Made by a program: the position numbers and the translations under genes
Notes under the pieces: generated by a model
The model's input: the letters and a program-made list of their open reading frames with translations, nothing else
What the model was told of the DNA's origin: nothing
Databases searched by the model: none
Origin: a virus
Taxonomy: Duplodnaviria > Caudoviricetes
IMG/VR virus record: IMGVR_UViG_3300025652_000454
Span: 1-26,348 of that record
DNA: 26,348 nucleotides
Strand: one strand, 5' to 3'
Shown: in pieces, positions 17,101 through 24,994 of the stretch
Position numbering within the stretch: position 1 is the stretch's first letter
Layout of the letters: every line of letters starts with the position of its first letter

Positions 17101-18447
17101 AGCACCAATACGACCACTACGAGCAGCAAAAGAAGGTCCACTATCTTCTCCCTCTGCTACAAGAGCATCCACAATATTACTAGGAATATTCAACGTTCCG
17201 CGTACAGTACTGGGAATTGCAGATACACCTGCCATACCCACACCTGCAAGAGCACCAAGAGCAGCTTCTTGTCCAACACCTTCCAAGACACCACGACCAA
17301 TATTACCATATTCTTCAATAGAAATATTTCGGTTTATAGTTCCAGAGATACCTTGACCAGCTTCTTCAATACCCTCACCAGCAATTTGAAGAAGACCTTT
17401 GGTAATACCTATATTAATAAATGAACCAAGAGGCATAGCTTCAAACTTGTTGGTAATGAAACCAAGAGCAAGAGAAGGAATAATCTGACGTACAGCAGCG
17501 GTTTCAGCCACCATACCTGCAAGTTGAACCTTGGCTTCCTCAGGAGAGAGACCTTCAGAAACAAGACCTTGCATAATAATAGAGGAAATCATCAGTTGAT
17601 CTGTGTCTTGGCTCATCACATCTGTGACAGCTTCTCCATATACACCAGCAACTTCAGGAACCGCAGCAGCAGCAGCAATACCAGATGCTTGAGCAACTCG
17701 TTGAGCAATTAAATTACGAGTAGCAGCAGCAGTTAAACCCTTAGCAGCAAGTCCACCAACACCAGCAAGAGGGGCAGAAGCTACTAGAGAACCAACACCA
17801 TCTGCAATAATTGAACCAGCAAGAGCAGGATCTCGGAGGTTTCGTTCAAGAGCATTCAGTGCATTACGACCCTCACGAGCCATGGCAGCTTGATATTCAG
17901 GGACACCAGCAGCGATGTCTGCTTCATATTGCACCTGAGAAGTTTCGTTATCAAGTTGACCTTCAATGGCTTCAAAAGCCTGTTTTTCTTGAAGAGTCAG
18001 TGAGAGGTTTTCTTGTTTAATACCAGCAGAAATTTCCCGGTGGGCTGACATTAATTCAGCAGCACGACTAGCACCAGTAGTGTTATCATCGCCATCAAAA
18101 GCACCTTCTGTGTATCCCGCAGCAAGAACACCCAAATCACCAACTCCACGATATAGAGCAGAAGCTGCGTCCACAGCCATATCAGAGAGTGCTTCAGGAG
18201 TTGAACGTACCGATTTACGTACATCACGATAACGATGCTGACCTTGAGAAAGTCGATATGCATTTTGTTGAACCTCTGCACCATATTTTGCCCTGAGTTC
18301 AAGATCATTCATATCTTGAAGATCTTGACTGAATTCATCAGTAAATTCAGCATTTGCTGTCAATCCAATTCCATAACGATCTTGAAAGCCAACATTACCA
18401 AGAGCTTCGATCAAAAAATCGTCAGTAGGGCGTGTGTTATTAGACAT
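8158..18447 (-). CDS. Virion-encapsidated RNA polymerase (N4 gp50-like vRNAP), multidomain ejection protein
   Basis: 3429 aa with no Cys seen. Single-subunit RNAP motifs TKVGRHQ (~13972-13995), motif A ELDGLTNG (~13580-13602), motif B RNTAKNPMTKVNYGSG (~13240-13290), motif C GIFDG (~12522-12536). Gly/Ala-rich hydrophobic N-terminal region and an AGGA RBS. Confidence 0.97.
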   Translation of the reverse strand: MSNNTRPTDDFLIEALGNVGFQDRYGIGLTANAEFTDEFSQDLQDMNDLELRAKYGAEVQQNAYRLSQGQHRYRDVRKSVRSTPEALSDMAVDAASALYRGVGDLGVLAAGYTEGAFDGDDNTTGASRAAELMSAHREISAGIKQENLSLTLQEKQAFEAIEGQLDNETSQVQYEADIAAGVPEYQAAMAREGRNALNALERNLRDPALAGSIIADGVGSLVASAPLAGVGGLAAKGLTAAATRNLIAQRVAQASGIAAAAAVPEVAGVYGEAVTDVMSQDTDQLMISSIIMQGLVSEGLSPEEAKVQLAGMVAETAAVRQIIPSLALGFITNKFEAMPLGSFINIGITKGLLQIAGEGIEEAGQGISGTINRNISIEEYGNIGRGVLEGVGQEAALGALAGVGMAGVSAIPSTVRGTLNIPSNIVDALVAEGEDSGPSFAARSGRIGAAIVDEIVTTSRPIIEAATQTISTTAGRVSEAVQGYADRPDTGEVSSSVQAVLDVTKTLHEEVASGQLEDTVEIAVTQPDSDPVPESMSGIAGENRTLMENITGIVAKIGSKDFKATEADIAYAATQLNKLSGLVNQLTGKSKKQLGRVLSSKLVKKIQEESAKIDLNTTDVQDPITILNVAKTNPTNVNPETANKILEESDEQITPEDLKYVRVASKLANLINTNVGTQIEIRNNENIGLTQVDRSTRPVKSVENTSRSIQAEGYVDTAGRSLRSINDFNRDIIVGVQSPNKTIVNQKGQVVSVQKVAESMRKFGQHMQNKVQALNESLADSYTNDQGTISGRAKKFSGLRGGEVFVPANRWEKPVRYSAGNSSSVAFAQQVTADQNTLIESFNILLEEFPEVFEGLEPLVPIILNPPETASKQQETTQEQTTETEQEPTAIDEEAATAASEEQDQEIQEEVTPSETIDEVEVSEQAEIDEETATAVDEEIEDAQEAAIEEQVIELTEEAPNIAIEPETDTIVDDNGNPVKFYHGTNAVFSEFRDGGIFLTTRKGLARDFAKGDGTGTLRLMEMNVSLANPLTEQIPNDMDPQDYWLANSLTIEQAKAEGRYDSVFLFNDKEGMVIAESNNQITILDHDVDGTLSEEQKAEIETPVQEEAQVVEPRRKVGEKFTNSFNEQDGDPIIENLDDFLTTSREDSVMNQGYLDVVESILPDFIQRMNARLQKKVKYSGISKTVAQHYKEGRDGLKKFKAAAIMDPETETYDENMLKLAIIAVVDFTAMAMGSDPNKLDDTLEKLGVTLNEIKEEDLISIMHGIPPSQLKDSLAGDLRRLWHVSENTESGVNDLEGITHGFAAEILTVLDEMEIIQLSTIDLNREGEKEAQTILVNTENIQNIQKTIKDASGPGIINTVREGLFNQARQRYSIGEKISHVARKQDRGNVFLSKLEQAALRKMQDTPHYLSKTRETLLEGIGGTALARIMGYRTDVDSITHPIIKKSVIGKNASIRQNLQEASDIRHALGDNVTPIFYPVGVTKVGRHQYQGPNPQSNKLLRMLVTSTWSTLSFETDMDSFWLGIAQAADLFKVEKKAHSDILATVQKNFTDKYGVAKDMVKALLNNEDFDGEAFADAVGEVEPQILGAIEAVASMEIARENGDAEFTTALSFELDGLTNGAANMMVNYGQGTLTREDYENFQRIGFFLGSKDMTTNRYFSQGKKDLYETVAELGDRMMQWGRKIMKPWQFEQRMAASRLASAFGNLEMHEDGSVTMTRNTAKNPMTKVNYGSGVLGVAIGLADDMLLEFYTKLQTMPDNADFDLYFYSGVQKDMERLGLNLPSNFNRDFVFSKEQVDKFRTAIRFSLGEVLTEATRDTLGTKIRELNDILVFSTNVQQSYLQKMYDKMLAERAEQLAKDEVIGRTKDGNPQIGQIPRRVFREIEDELYSLSPIFTSDEQTLAIGGFEKTLTDLRLSSNFDEKLGTGARMGRPNEIGVRAIPYSIIGTGDAMMMNLIFGSKGAPDDVLGIFDGLDVPVGKVKEYAPYVNEQVLKSWDRDVLSMAVSNFEGFLERASDADLLSEAFNDTMDKNKKSSVVATGTTDLLGQLQERLRQNRARKAVFKRLAVSVDQMGGSDVGFQRDGEEVRFDELNHRIEKELEGTTDQIEDVRTDVHESTASAVLNKARWTEQQQQIVDILKPLMGETRIVFGTLDQLNKYRQENLPDDGTVLKAKGQYDYKNDVIFMSTNKPETLLHEMVHAATYTKVLEHYNGNTNQAVIRLEALMQEFLGIESSDKKVLEAQTSILRQLAHPDAESQAAAVNEFMAYGLANTQVRKTLKDTDSKIVEITKKVVQLMRRIMGGVPTTMFDHLVFNTKVLNEPTVDEGTGGDGNGNDVGNETTPPFEEHLDYWISNWKEYLASLDPKLRDGQLNKSIKDIRNSQKVIHGFRQVGFLANRKDQSTFKAIYGIMLSSMKLDANARIALTRVFQHVVDNMTPEMFSGIEANQEYSAVLNSFGGYKQGDVSDAIAVMFGLSQTSAKFRAVLDQIPAPEGQTAVQGSLNQFFTNASSFTMRKLTGSLEQAGEFPSDVLSIISKTIIEHDKEKEYRLLHVVNNTLNKADKYLSGMLQSTALKMRQVDTDMKESTRSNTIKYLTSAVTFATNLLDKPGSDLTAQAVKDVTHMGLPILSIIPIRELVAEFVGSDSTNSKVIAMFDKVNAAIAGLRQAYREDLPSILERQFNEAPNEEQWSSMFNTLAKTDFTSIVDLNRMQFSMQLLEEGARRKAAIQKVEQQLQQKLLPYIFNDAKEKASQLADFMNGKGAGKLLIRNAYAIAFNLDGNFDKSLVPMIDRLVTLYAIDSMDSDVREETVQLWQNEPAALTGLISYIQGLNEAEESKATTEAARLNGYKGYIPNEGTNNIHITIALDEEQKLMERKGYVKMNEYTGEIGSLFPRSYYVSNVRRQGSYSQGVMQNVAHTYRGVDINTGLTVTGETAGYISGDGTVENFINDLNDPSFILENQGETLIPVFAGDGTVQGFERTISPEMMDIHYRRDENLGVMLGAWAGRQVEESLADQYNRELIDSLKDIWIQRKRGTDDLFINLKDTSDPIYKESFKLIPQATKLYIDSKFGSDGFMVRKDMVNLSVGYREASLADMWSGKTRLPDAVQAAVRIVTETVLKRKAMRWLVQAEEILQGTVSTAKDIIVVRSLVVPLANTQANIIQLATNGVSTKQIIRGYRSKLAEIEEHQKNVTKRIELKAQIELALPNSNQRKRLEEKVQVIEDLTAQMSIAPMIEAGAYKQLSEGITNLDVDISKGQIGDYMESIADKLPEKVADIAKLGLVSKSTKLYKVANRATQYGDFLAKSIYYDHLISQGLSKEQALIQMNEEFVNFTLLPGRTRSALESAGLTWFMAFKIRIAKIAMKQIRQNPFRALAINSITDVGSPVQDNVFTVIYEDRLDYATGYEMLFDAPELNPWVNLLSNLD
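11600..12010 (-). other. Zincin-like metallopeptidase (MPTase) domain inside vRNAP
   Basis: GQYDYKNDVIFM...TLLHEMVHA (HExxH at 11842-11856, H2198) with a downstream third-ligand motif NEFMAYG (E2266). Confidence 0.8.
15190..15540 (-). other. ADP-ribosyltransferase-like domain (ART-PolyVal type) inside vRNAP, aa ~970-1086
   Basis: VDDNGNPVKFYHGT...FSEF...GIFLTTRKGLARDFA...LMEMNVSLANPL...GRYDSVFL...KEGMVIAESNNQI follows the recalled ART-PolyVal motif order. Confidence 0.75.
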
Positions 18448-18511
18448 AGTGCAATCCTGTAGATGAAGGTTACGTCATTCTACTTTCACACTATGCCAAA
18501 GTTTTCAAGTG

Positions 18512-20413
18512 CTACTGTCGAGCTTCTTCTGCAACTTGTGTAGAAAATATTGCAGCCATTTGAGCATCTAGAGCTTGAATCTGCGATTCAAGAGCACTTC
18601 GACGAGGATCATTTTCTTTCATTTTCGCTAATTGAGTACGAAAACGATTGCGTTGATTCTCTAATTGACGAACTTGTGTCTCTTGAATCTGAAGACGACT
18701 ACTACCACGATCATAATCACGACGTGATTCAGGGCTAAGTTGTTCCACCGCAGTTTGAACCGCATCTTTATTAAAACGAGAACGAATAGTATTTCGACCA
18801 TAAGGATCACGGTTGAATACATCACGCATTGCAACAGCAACTACTTCAGGAACAACACCAAATTCATTGGCGTATTCGTTAATCAAATTACGCATCTTAT
18901 TTTCATCGAAACCAGATTCACCAAAAAGACCTAGAACAGCATCAGGATTTTCACCATCTTTGCCCAAACCAAGATCAGTAATGAGACTAGTAGTTGGATC
19001 GTCATAATACCGACTAATATCACCTAGAGCACGATTCTGATCATCACCTTCAAACTGACGACGTTCAAAGGCTAGACTATCTTCAATAGCTCGATTCAAA
19101 GCCACATCCTCTGCTACAGCAGGAGCAAGTTCAGTCTGAAGAGATGCAGATTCAGAAATCATGGCTTCAGCAGCAAAACGTGCAGTCAAAGCCTCAGAAC
19201 TAGAAAAATTACCAGAATCTTTTGCTGCATCTTCAACAGCCTTTGCGACTTGATCAGGAGTAATGTTATTGGGGTTTGAAACCGCAGCCGAAATAAATGC
19301 AGCAGTTGCATCCCGTTGAGATTGAGCAAGTTCTTCTGCCAATCGTGTATCACCTTCTTCAATGGCTTTATCCGAACCAGAGAGAATGGAATTCACATCT
19401 TCCAGAGATAGAAACTCTGAATTTGATACAGCAGCAGAAAGAATATCACGAGCAGGAGTAGCACCAGAACGAACATCTGCGGTGGCGGCTTTTATATCGA
19501 AACCATTAGCACCAACATATTTAGCAGTACGTGAACGAGCATGTTCAGCAGCAGGACGAAGAAAATTATTAACAATATTAGATCCAGCTTCACCAGCATT
19601 TTGGGATTGACGTATCACATCCCAAGCACCAGCTTCAGTAGTATTGAGTTCTTCCATCAGAAAATCTAGTTGATTATCAATGGTATAACCATCTTTTCCA
19701 TACTTAGTTTCAAATTTTTCTCGACGAGGGCCAGTCAACTGGTAGAGACCTTTACCACGAGTACCATGAACATTAGGAACAGATTCAGTAACTCCAACAT
19801 TAAAACCGGATTCATCTTGAAAATTCATCATGAATCCTTCGGCAATATGTGAAGGCATTCCACGATTAATCAAACCTTGATAAACCTGACTCTGAGCACT
19901 TTCAGTAGAAACACCATATCTACCATGTTGTTGACCTTCAGAACGAGCAGCAACAACTTCATCTGACAAACCAGCAAGTTCTGAACGTCGACCTTGACGC
20001 CAAAGATTATCATCCATCGCAATACCATGAAGGTCTTCTGCACGATTACCTGCTTGTTGAGCTAAACCAAGACGACCTAGACGATCTGATGTAATCGACC
20101 GTTGGTTTGCAAAATCTAGAGACTCTGCACGATGACCATATAAAGTATTCAACATATCTTTAGATACACTACGACCTTCTAAACCCCCACCTTGCAGCCA
20201 TGTATCGAGTTCTTCTTCTGAAGAAATTCCTGCCAATTCTTGCATTACTTCAGCGTCTGCTTTGGATTCTAGACCTGATTGGTATTTGGAGAGGATATCT
20301 GAACCAGTTTCCATTCCTCGATTAAAAGAATCACCAGCACGTGCAAGGGCTGCCGAAGCAGCACTAAGATCTGGGGCGCTAAGTTGACGCCACTGAAGAC
20401 GAGGATCAGCCAT
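18512..20413 (-). CDS. Ejection protein (N4 gp51-like) with an internal phage tail lysozyme-like domain
   Basis: 633 aa with no Cys seen, starting MADPRLQWRQLSAPD. Contains NFQDESGFN...GKGLYQLTGPR...QLDFLMEEL...FLRP at ~19550-19900. Adjacent to vRNAP. Confidence 0.85.
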   Translation of the reverse strand: MADPRLQWRQLSAPDLSAASAALARAGDSFNRGMETGSDILSKYQSGLESKADAEVMQELAGISSEEELDTWLQGGGLEGRSVSKDMLNTLYGHRAESLDFANQRSITSDRLGRLGLAQQAGNRAEDLHGIAMDDNLWRQGRRSELAGLSDEVVAARSEGQQHGRYGVSTESAQSQVYQGLINRGMPSHIAEGFMMNFQDESGFNVGVTESVPNVHGTRGKGLYQLTGPRREKFETKYGKDGYTIDNQLDFLMEELNTTEAGAWDVIRQSQNAGEAGSNIVNNFLRPAAEHARSRTAKYVGANGFDIKAATADVRSGATPARDILSAAVSNSEFLSLEDVNSILSGSDKAIEEGDTRLAEELAQSQRDATAAFISAAVSNPNNITPDQVAKAVEDAAKDSGNFSSSEALTARFAAEAMISESASLQTELAPAVAEDVALNRAIEDSLAFERRQFEGDDQNRALGDISRYYDDPTTSLITDLGLGKDGENPDAVLGLFGESGFDENKMRNLINEYANEFGVVPEVVAVAMRDVFNRDPYGRNTIRSRFNKDAVQTAVEQLSPESRRDYDRGSSRLQIQETQVRQLENQRNRFRTQLAKMKENDPRRSALESQIQALDAQMAAIFSTQVAEEARQ

Positions 20414-20424
20414 GAGAGTATTCC

Positions 20425-20874
20425 TTATAGACTATGTTCATCGAGATAAGACTCAGTATCGGCACTGGATTTACCTTCAGTGTGATGACGAGCACGGATC
20501 CGATCTTCAAGAGCAGTATTATAAGTTTGGGTTTGATTTGCCAAATTAGTCTCAAAAGTGTCTTTAGCAAATGAAAGTTGTTGTTTTGCAAGTTTATTCT
20601 GTTGATAGGTATTCCACAAGTTTCCAAGAACTTGAACACCTCCAAGAATCAGACCTGCACCTCCATCTTTAGAAAAGAAAGGAGAATTTTGTTGTTGACC
20701 AACACCAGATTCGGAACCAATTGCAGGACCAACAGTAACATTAGGAGCTTGAAGTGCACCTGTTCCTTGAACTGTCCCTAAAGGAGCCATCATAGTCTGC
20801 ATAAGACCTGTTCCAGTAGTTCCTAATTGAGCACCCGAAAGGGTTGGATCTGTATATTGAAGTCCGTTTATCAT
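20425..20874 (-). CDS. Small ejection protein (N4 gp52-like, ~16 kDa)
   Basis: ATG20874 (MINGLQ) follows AAGGAA at the end of the upstream gene and gives 149 aa. Hydrophobic GLILGGVQVLGNLW, then a coiled segment ending YNTALEDRIRAR. No Cys. Confidence 0.85.
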   Translation of the reverse strand: MINGLQYTDPTLSGAQLGTTGTGLMQTMMAPLGTVQGTGALQAPNVTVGPAIGSESGVGQQQNSPFFSKDGGAGLILGGVQVLGNLWNTYQQNKLAKQQLSFAKDTFETNLANQTQTYNTALEDRIRARHHTEGKSSADTESYLDEHSL

Positions 20875-20878
20875 GGCA

Positions 20879-23587
20879 TCAATTCCTTGGAAGTGTTTGT
20901 TGTATATCAACGAAATCATAAACCATTGACTGAGTAATCTTAATGATGTCAGTTCCAGTCATAGTTGTTCGTTGGATAAACTCATCTGCGGTTTCGGGCA
21001 TATAACCACGAGATCCACGGCGTGAGACATTGCCATATACACTGCTTGTAAGAGAAAGTGGATTAAAGTTCAAATCGTTTCCGCCCAATCCTTGAATAAG
21101 ATTGTTAATATAATCCATTTGTTGTTCATATTCTGATTCAGCTTCTTCTAATTCTTCTAACTTGATTGCGATATCACCTTTTACCCAACCAGCATAACCA
21201 TTGGCTAAAGCATTTCCCAACCCAAGAAGACCTTCTGTACTGAATAAATCCAGCCCTGATACAACAGCCCCAATAGCAAAACTAGCAATTGCTGCAAAAA
21301 TAGCACCCCATTGCTCACCAAAAAGCTCTGTACCCACAGAAGTAAGAATTTGAGACACAACAATAGAAGCAATATAATTTGCTGCTACACCTGCCACAAT
21401 AGCTGCCGTTCCAGTAAGACCTAAGCTTGCACCAATAATGGCATTAGATCCAAGAATACCACCTCCTGCGGCAAAAGTTGCTGGTGAAATAATTACTGCA
21501 ACTACAATAATTAAGACTACTAATAGAATCTTAAACAAAAATGATTCATACCATTTCTTTTTCACTACTTCATATGAATTAAAAAGAATATGTACATTAG
21601 CTGTAGCCATTTGAGTAGCATCAACTAATCCCATAGCTTTTACTGTAGGCATGTGAAGTGGAATTATGAAACCAGAAATATCAGAATCATCTAGTGCTTC
21701 TTTACTGGTAATCTTAACGCTTTTACCTCCATAAACATAATTATGATGAATTAAACCAGTAATTGTTAACTTACTGTATTCAGTATCTGAAACCTGAAAA
21801 TACATAATTATTGTTGGAATTGAGTTCAAAGTGTCTCGAACTGTATAAAGACCATTTTGATCTTGCAGACCTTCACGTTCTACCCACTCAAGATCTGGTC
21901 CATTTTCGAACATGGTTTCACCAGGGTTAGCGGGTCGAGTGTTTCCAAGTATATCTTTAAAAGTGTATACACCAGTTACTTGAGTTTTTTCAATATGAGT
22001 CCACTGAAGACGAATATCAAAATGATCTTCCAGTTCAGCATGATCAGATTTAAGCTTCAAAACCGTAGCTTCTGGAGTAGATATAGTGGGTACTACAGGA
22101 GGATCAACTCTAGATTCCCATTCAATATTAGTTTCATTTTCCCAATCTATTAATTCTTGAAGTTTAATTTCATATTCTGCCACTTGTGTAGCAAAATCCG
22201 TCATTGTACTACTAGTAGTATTTTGAAATTGAATCATCTCTTCAAAGAATTTGAAGATATATTTTCGACAAGCATTTTCTTTTACATTCAAAGATGCTCC
22301 AAATATTATGTAAGCATAATCAATATCGTCGATATCTGGATTATCAGCAATATCTGCTAGAATACTACTAATAGATTTATTTGTAGTTCGTTTATATGCT
22401 TTTTTTGTTTCTTCATATAAACCATTAGTATCATAAGGAGCTTCATCAATTGATTTATTATCCAAACGAAGTGGTAGTAACGGAAAGAATTCTTGCCAAT
22501 TAGTCATATCCAAATCATTAGAAAAAGCATCTAAATTAACATTTCCAGTTCCAACTTCGTAAATAAAGATTTGTTCACCACCTACAATTGTATTTTCATA
22601 GATTGTTTGAGTATCAAGTTTTTGAATCCATGATTCATTAACTTGTTCTCCGGTTGTAACTTGAGTTGTAGTTCTAATTACCCCACCACCAATATCTTCA
22701 TTAATAATAACAGTATTGGAATAACCTCCAATTACACTATCAGTACCAGTAAAAGTATATCGTTCAAAAAGACCTTCAGTCTCTAAACCAACAGTACCTA
22801 TCCATGTAGTTTGTTCCCAAACATCAATTGATGTATTGAGATTAGTGGCTACATCTGCATCTATAGCAGAATCTACCTCTGTAGGAGTAGAATCACTATA
22901 TTCTCTAGTCTCTACCATCTCTCGTTGCAAAGTAACTGGAGTAAATGTTCCAGTAGAACTTTGCTGAATCCAATCAGTAAGATCAGGTAATACACTTACA
23001 GAAATTGGAGTACCTTCTTCTAAAGCTTCTGTATTGTCTTCTAAAACATAAAAGAATTTAGCAATAACATACTGAGATTGATAATCAAAATTAACATCAA
23101 CCCAAGAGTAAAAATCACCATTAGGGAATTGTACTGAAAATGTTGATGTATTTAAGTCATAATCAGATAAGTAATCTTCTGAAACACGATTTGGATAATT
23201 CTCCAAAACCCATTTTTCAACAAAGATATCAGGATCTCCTTCTGTAAGGTAAGAAGATTGAATAGATATACTTAAACCAGCAGGAGTAGGAGGAATTGTA
23301 ATTTCTCCAGCTACTACAATAGAATCTACTGCTTGGTTATTAGAAGTAGTTACAGTAGGTAAACCAGCAAGATTATTTCGTTGAGCATAATTAAAGAATG
23401 ATCTTTGACTAATACCCGGTCCCTGAAAATAAGTATTAGTAATACTTTCAGACAATGATGAAGTATTCGCCAAAATTGACGAATACATTATTCCTTTTAG
23501 AAAATTTGGTCGATTTGCTTCATCTCCAGCCAAATTATATAAGGTTGAAGCAACATAAATCTTTTTTGAACCAGAGAAGATACCCAT
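20879..23587 (-). CDS. N4 gp53-like large structural protein (putative tail plug/distal tail) with a C-terminal hydrophobic region
   Basis: 902 aa with conserved-looking FFPLLPLR and DIDYAYIIFG segments. KKKWY precedes several Gly/Ala-rich hydrophobic helices. Synteny matches N4 gp53. Confidence 0.8.
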   Translation of the reverse strand: MGIFSGSKKIYVASTLYNLAGDEANRPNFLKGIMYSSILANTSSLSESITNTYFQGPGISQRSFFNYAQRNNLAGLPTVTTSNNQAVDSIVVAGEITIPPTPAGLSISIQSSYLTEGDPDIFVEKWVLENYPNRVSEDYLSDYDLNTSTFSVQFPNGDFYSWVDVNFDYQSQYVIAKFFYVLEDNTEALEEGTPISVSVLPDLTDWIQQSSTGTFTPVTLQREMVETREYSDSTPTEVDSAIDADVATNLNTSIDVWEQTTWIGTVGLETEGLFERYTFTGTDSVIGGYSNTVIINEDIGGGVIRTTTQVTTGEQVNESWIQKLDTQTIYENTIVGGEQIFIYEVGTGNVNLDAFSNDLDMTNWQEFFPLLPLRLDNKSIDEAPYDTNGLYEETKKAYKRTTNKSISSILADIADNPDIDDIDYAYIIFGASLNVKENACRKYIFKFFEEMIQFQNTTSSTMTDFATQVAEYEIKLQELIDWENETNIEWESRVDPPVVPTISTPEATVLKLKSDHAELEDHFDIRLQWTHIEKTQVTGVYTFKDILGNTRPANPGETMFENGPDLEWVEREGLQDQNGLYTVRDTLNSIPTIIMYFQVSDTEYSKLTITGLIHHNYVYGGKSVKITSKEALDDSDISGFIIPLHMPTVKAMGLVDATQMATANVHILFNSYEVVKKKWYESFLFKILLVVLIIVVAVIISPATFAAGGGILGSNAIIGASLGLTGTAAIVAGVAANYIASIVVSQILTSVGTELFGEQWGAIFAAIASFAIGAVVSGLDLFSTEGLLGLGNALANGYAGWVKGDIAIKLEELEEAESEYEQQMDYINNLIQGLGGNDLNFNPLSLTSSVYGNVSRRGSRGYMPETADEFIQRTTMTGTDIIKITQSMVYDFVDIQQTLPRN

Positions 23588-23589
23588 AA

Positions 23590-24954
23590 TTAACTTCCCA
23601 GCGTGTTGTTAACCCGAACAGCAGCCAAAACTTCATTGATCTCGATATTGGTCAATTGAGTTGGAGCCGTTAGACCTTCATCTAGGGTTTTCTGGGTAAT
23701 CCAACCATCAAGATACATCTTCGCAGTCTTGTGTTGAGCATCCTTAATAAAGCTGTCGATCTGTTGAGTGTACAGGTCTTTCTGTTTTCCAACAGAACCA
23801 ACAACCGTTGCACCATCTGAACGAGCATCCAGAGTTTTAGAACGTTCTGCTTCACTTTGTTCCGTAGTCAAAGTGATTTGTTCACCAATCAGTGTAACTT
23901 GTGTTGGTAGAGTATTAGTGAGATTAAAATCTTTGATATCCGCATCAGAGGTCAGATTTCTTTTCTGAAGTGCTATAACACCTTGGATAGAAGTCAGACC
24001 ATCACTGCGCGTATCCAAAGTATTTGCACGCTGAGTTTCTACTTGTTCTTGAATCAAAGTGGTTTCAGCAGGTTGACGTTCATCCAGAATATGTTGTTGT
24101 TGTGCCAGTTCTACAGGTAGCATAGAAGTAAGCTGGAAATCAGAAATATCAGCTTGTGTTGGGATAATCCGATCACGTTGAAGTGTCTGAATATCTTGTT
24201 CCAAAGGCTGAAGAATACGATGCTGAAATTCAGCTATAGAAGCCTGTGCAGGAAGTATACGATCTACCTGAACCTCATTCATAGCTACTGTTGATGGCAT
24301 CACAGCCGTACGTTCATATTGAGAAATAGCCAATTCAGCAGGCATTTGATAATTTCGCTGGTATTGTTTAATTAGTACATCCGCAGTTACTGAATCATGA
24401 GATGCTTCTTCTGTAGCAATCTGCATCTTAGTTAGAGCATACTGAGCCGCAGTCAGGTTCAGTTGGAAGTTCGCATTAGTAGTTTCAATCTTCACTCGTT
24501 CTAGTTCCACCAAAGCAGCAGTTGCTTGAATCTCAGCAATTCGGGCTTGCATTTGTGCAGTTACAGCATTCCAGCGAGCTTGGTCTTTTTGGAGAGAGAA
24601 GGAAATAGATTGTCCAATTACCTGATTGGCAATGGTTGTATATGCTTCTGCATATTGAGAACCAGTAATACGATTACCTTTAAATTCTCGTTCAAGATGA
24701 GTATCCATTGCTTGCATGAATACATCAAATGCACCAACACCAGTAATAGTACCATTACCTTCAGTGACATCTGAAATTGTGACTCCAGCAACATCATCAT
24801 ACAAACCAGTAGTTGCATCAGTTGTTGGGTCAAAATTAAATTTAACATCATCAAAGTTAGGAACAGCGGGGATAGTAACCCCCGCTGTTAATGTGGTGAA
24901 CAAATCATTCGCCAAAGTAGACGAATTGTCGATATTTTCAAAAGTTTGAGCCAT
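23590..24954 (-). CDS. N4 gp54-like structural protein (putative tail tube), lengthened by internal repeats
   Basis: GVGAFDVFMQA, EFKGNRITGSQYA, TLDARSDG, GKQKDLYTQQIDSF and WITQKTLDEG segments. AGGTG RBS and N4 synteny. Confidence 0.8.
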   Translation of the reverse strand: MAQTFENIDNSSTLANDLFTTLTAGVTIPAVPNFDDVKFNFDPTTDATTGLYDDVAGVTISDVTEGNGTITGVGAFDVFMQAMDTHLEREFKGNRITGSQYAEAYTTIANQVIGQSISFSLQKDQARWNAVTAQMQARIAEIQATAALVELERVKIETTNANFQLNLTAAQYALTKMQIATEEASHDSVTADVLIKQYQRNYQMPAELAISQYERTAVMPSTVAMNEVQVDRILPAQASIAEFQHRILQPLEQDIQTLQRDRIIPTQADISDFQLTSMLPVELAQQQHILDERQPAETTLIQEQVETQRANTLDTRSDGLTSIQGVIALQKRNLTSDADIKDFNLTNTLPTQVTLIGEQITLTTEQSEAERSKTLDARSDGATVVGSVGKQKDLYTQQIDSFIKDAQHKTAKMYLDGWITQKTLDEGLTAPTQLTNIEINEVLAAVRVNNTLGS

Positions 24955-24994
24955 GATTATTCACCTTTATGTCGAAGTTATGACCGATATAGCG

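Noticed and set aside
18477-18508. sigma70 promoter upstream of vRNAP (TTGAAA...TAGAAT on the - strand)
   Set aside because: The spacer is 20 nt, too long for a canonical promoter. The -10 alone is insufficient evidence.
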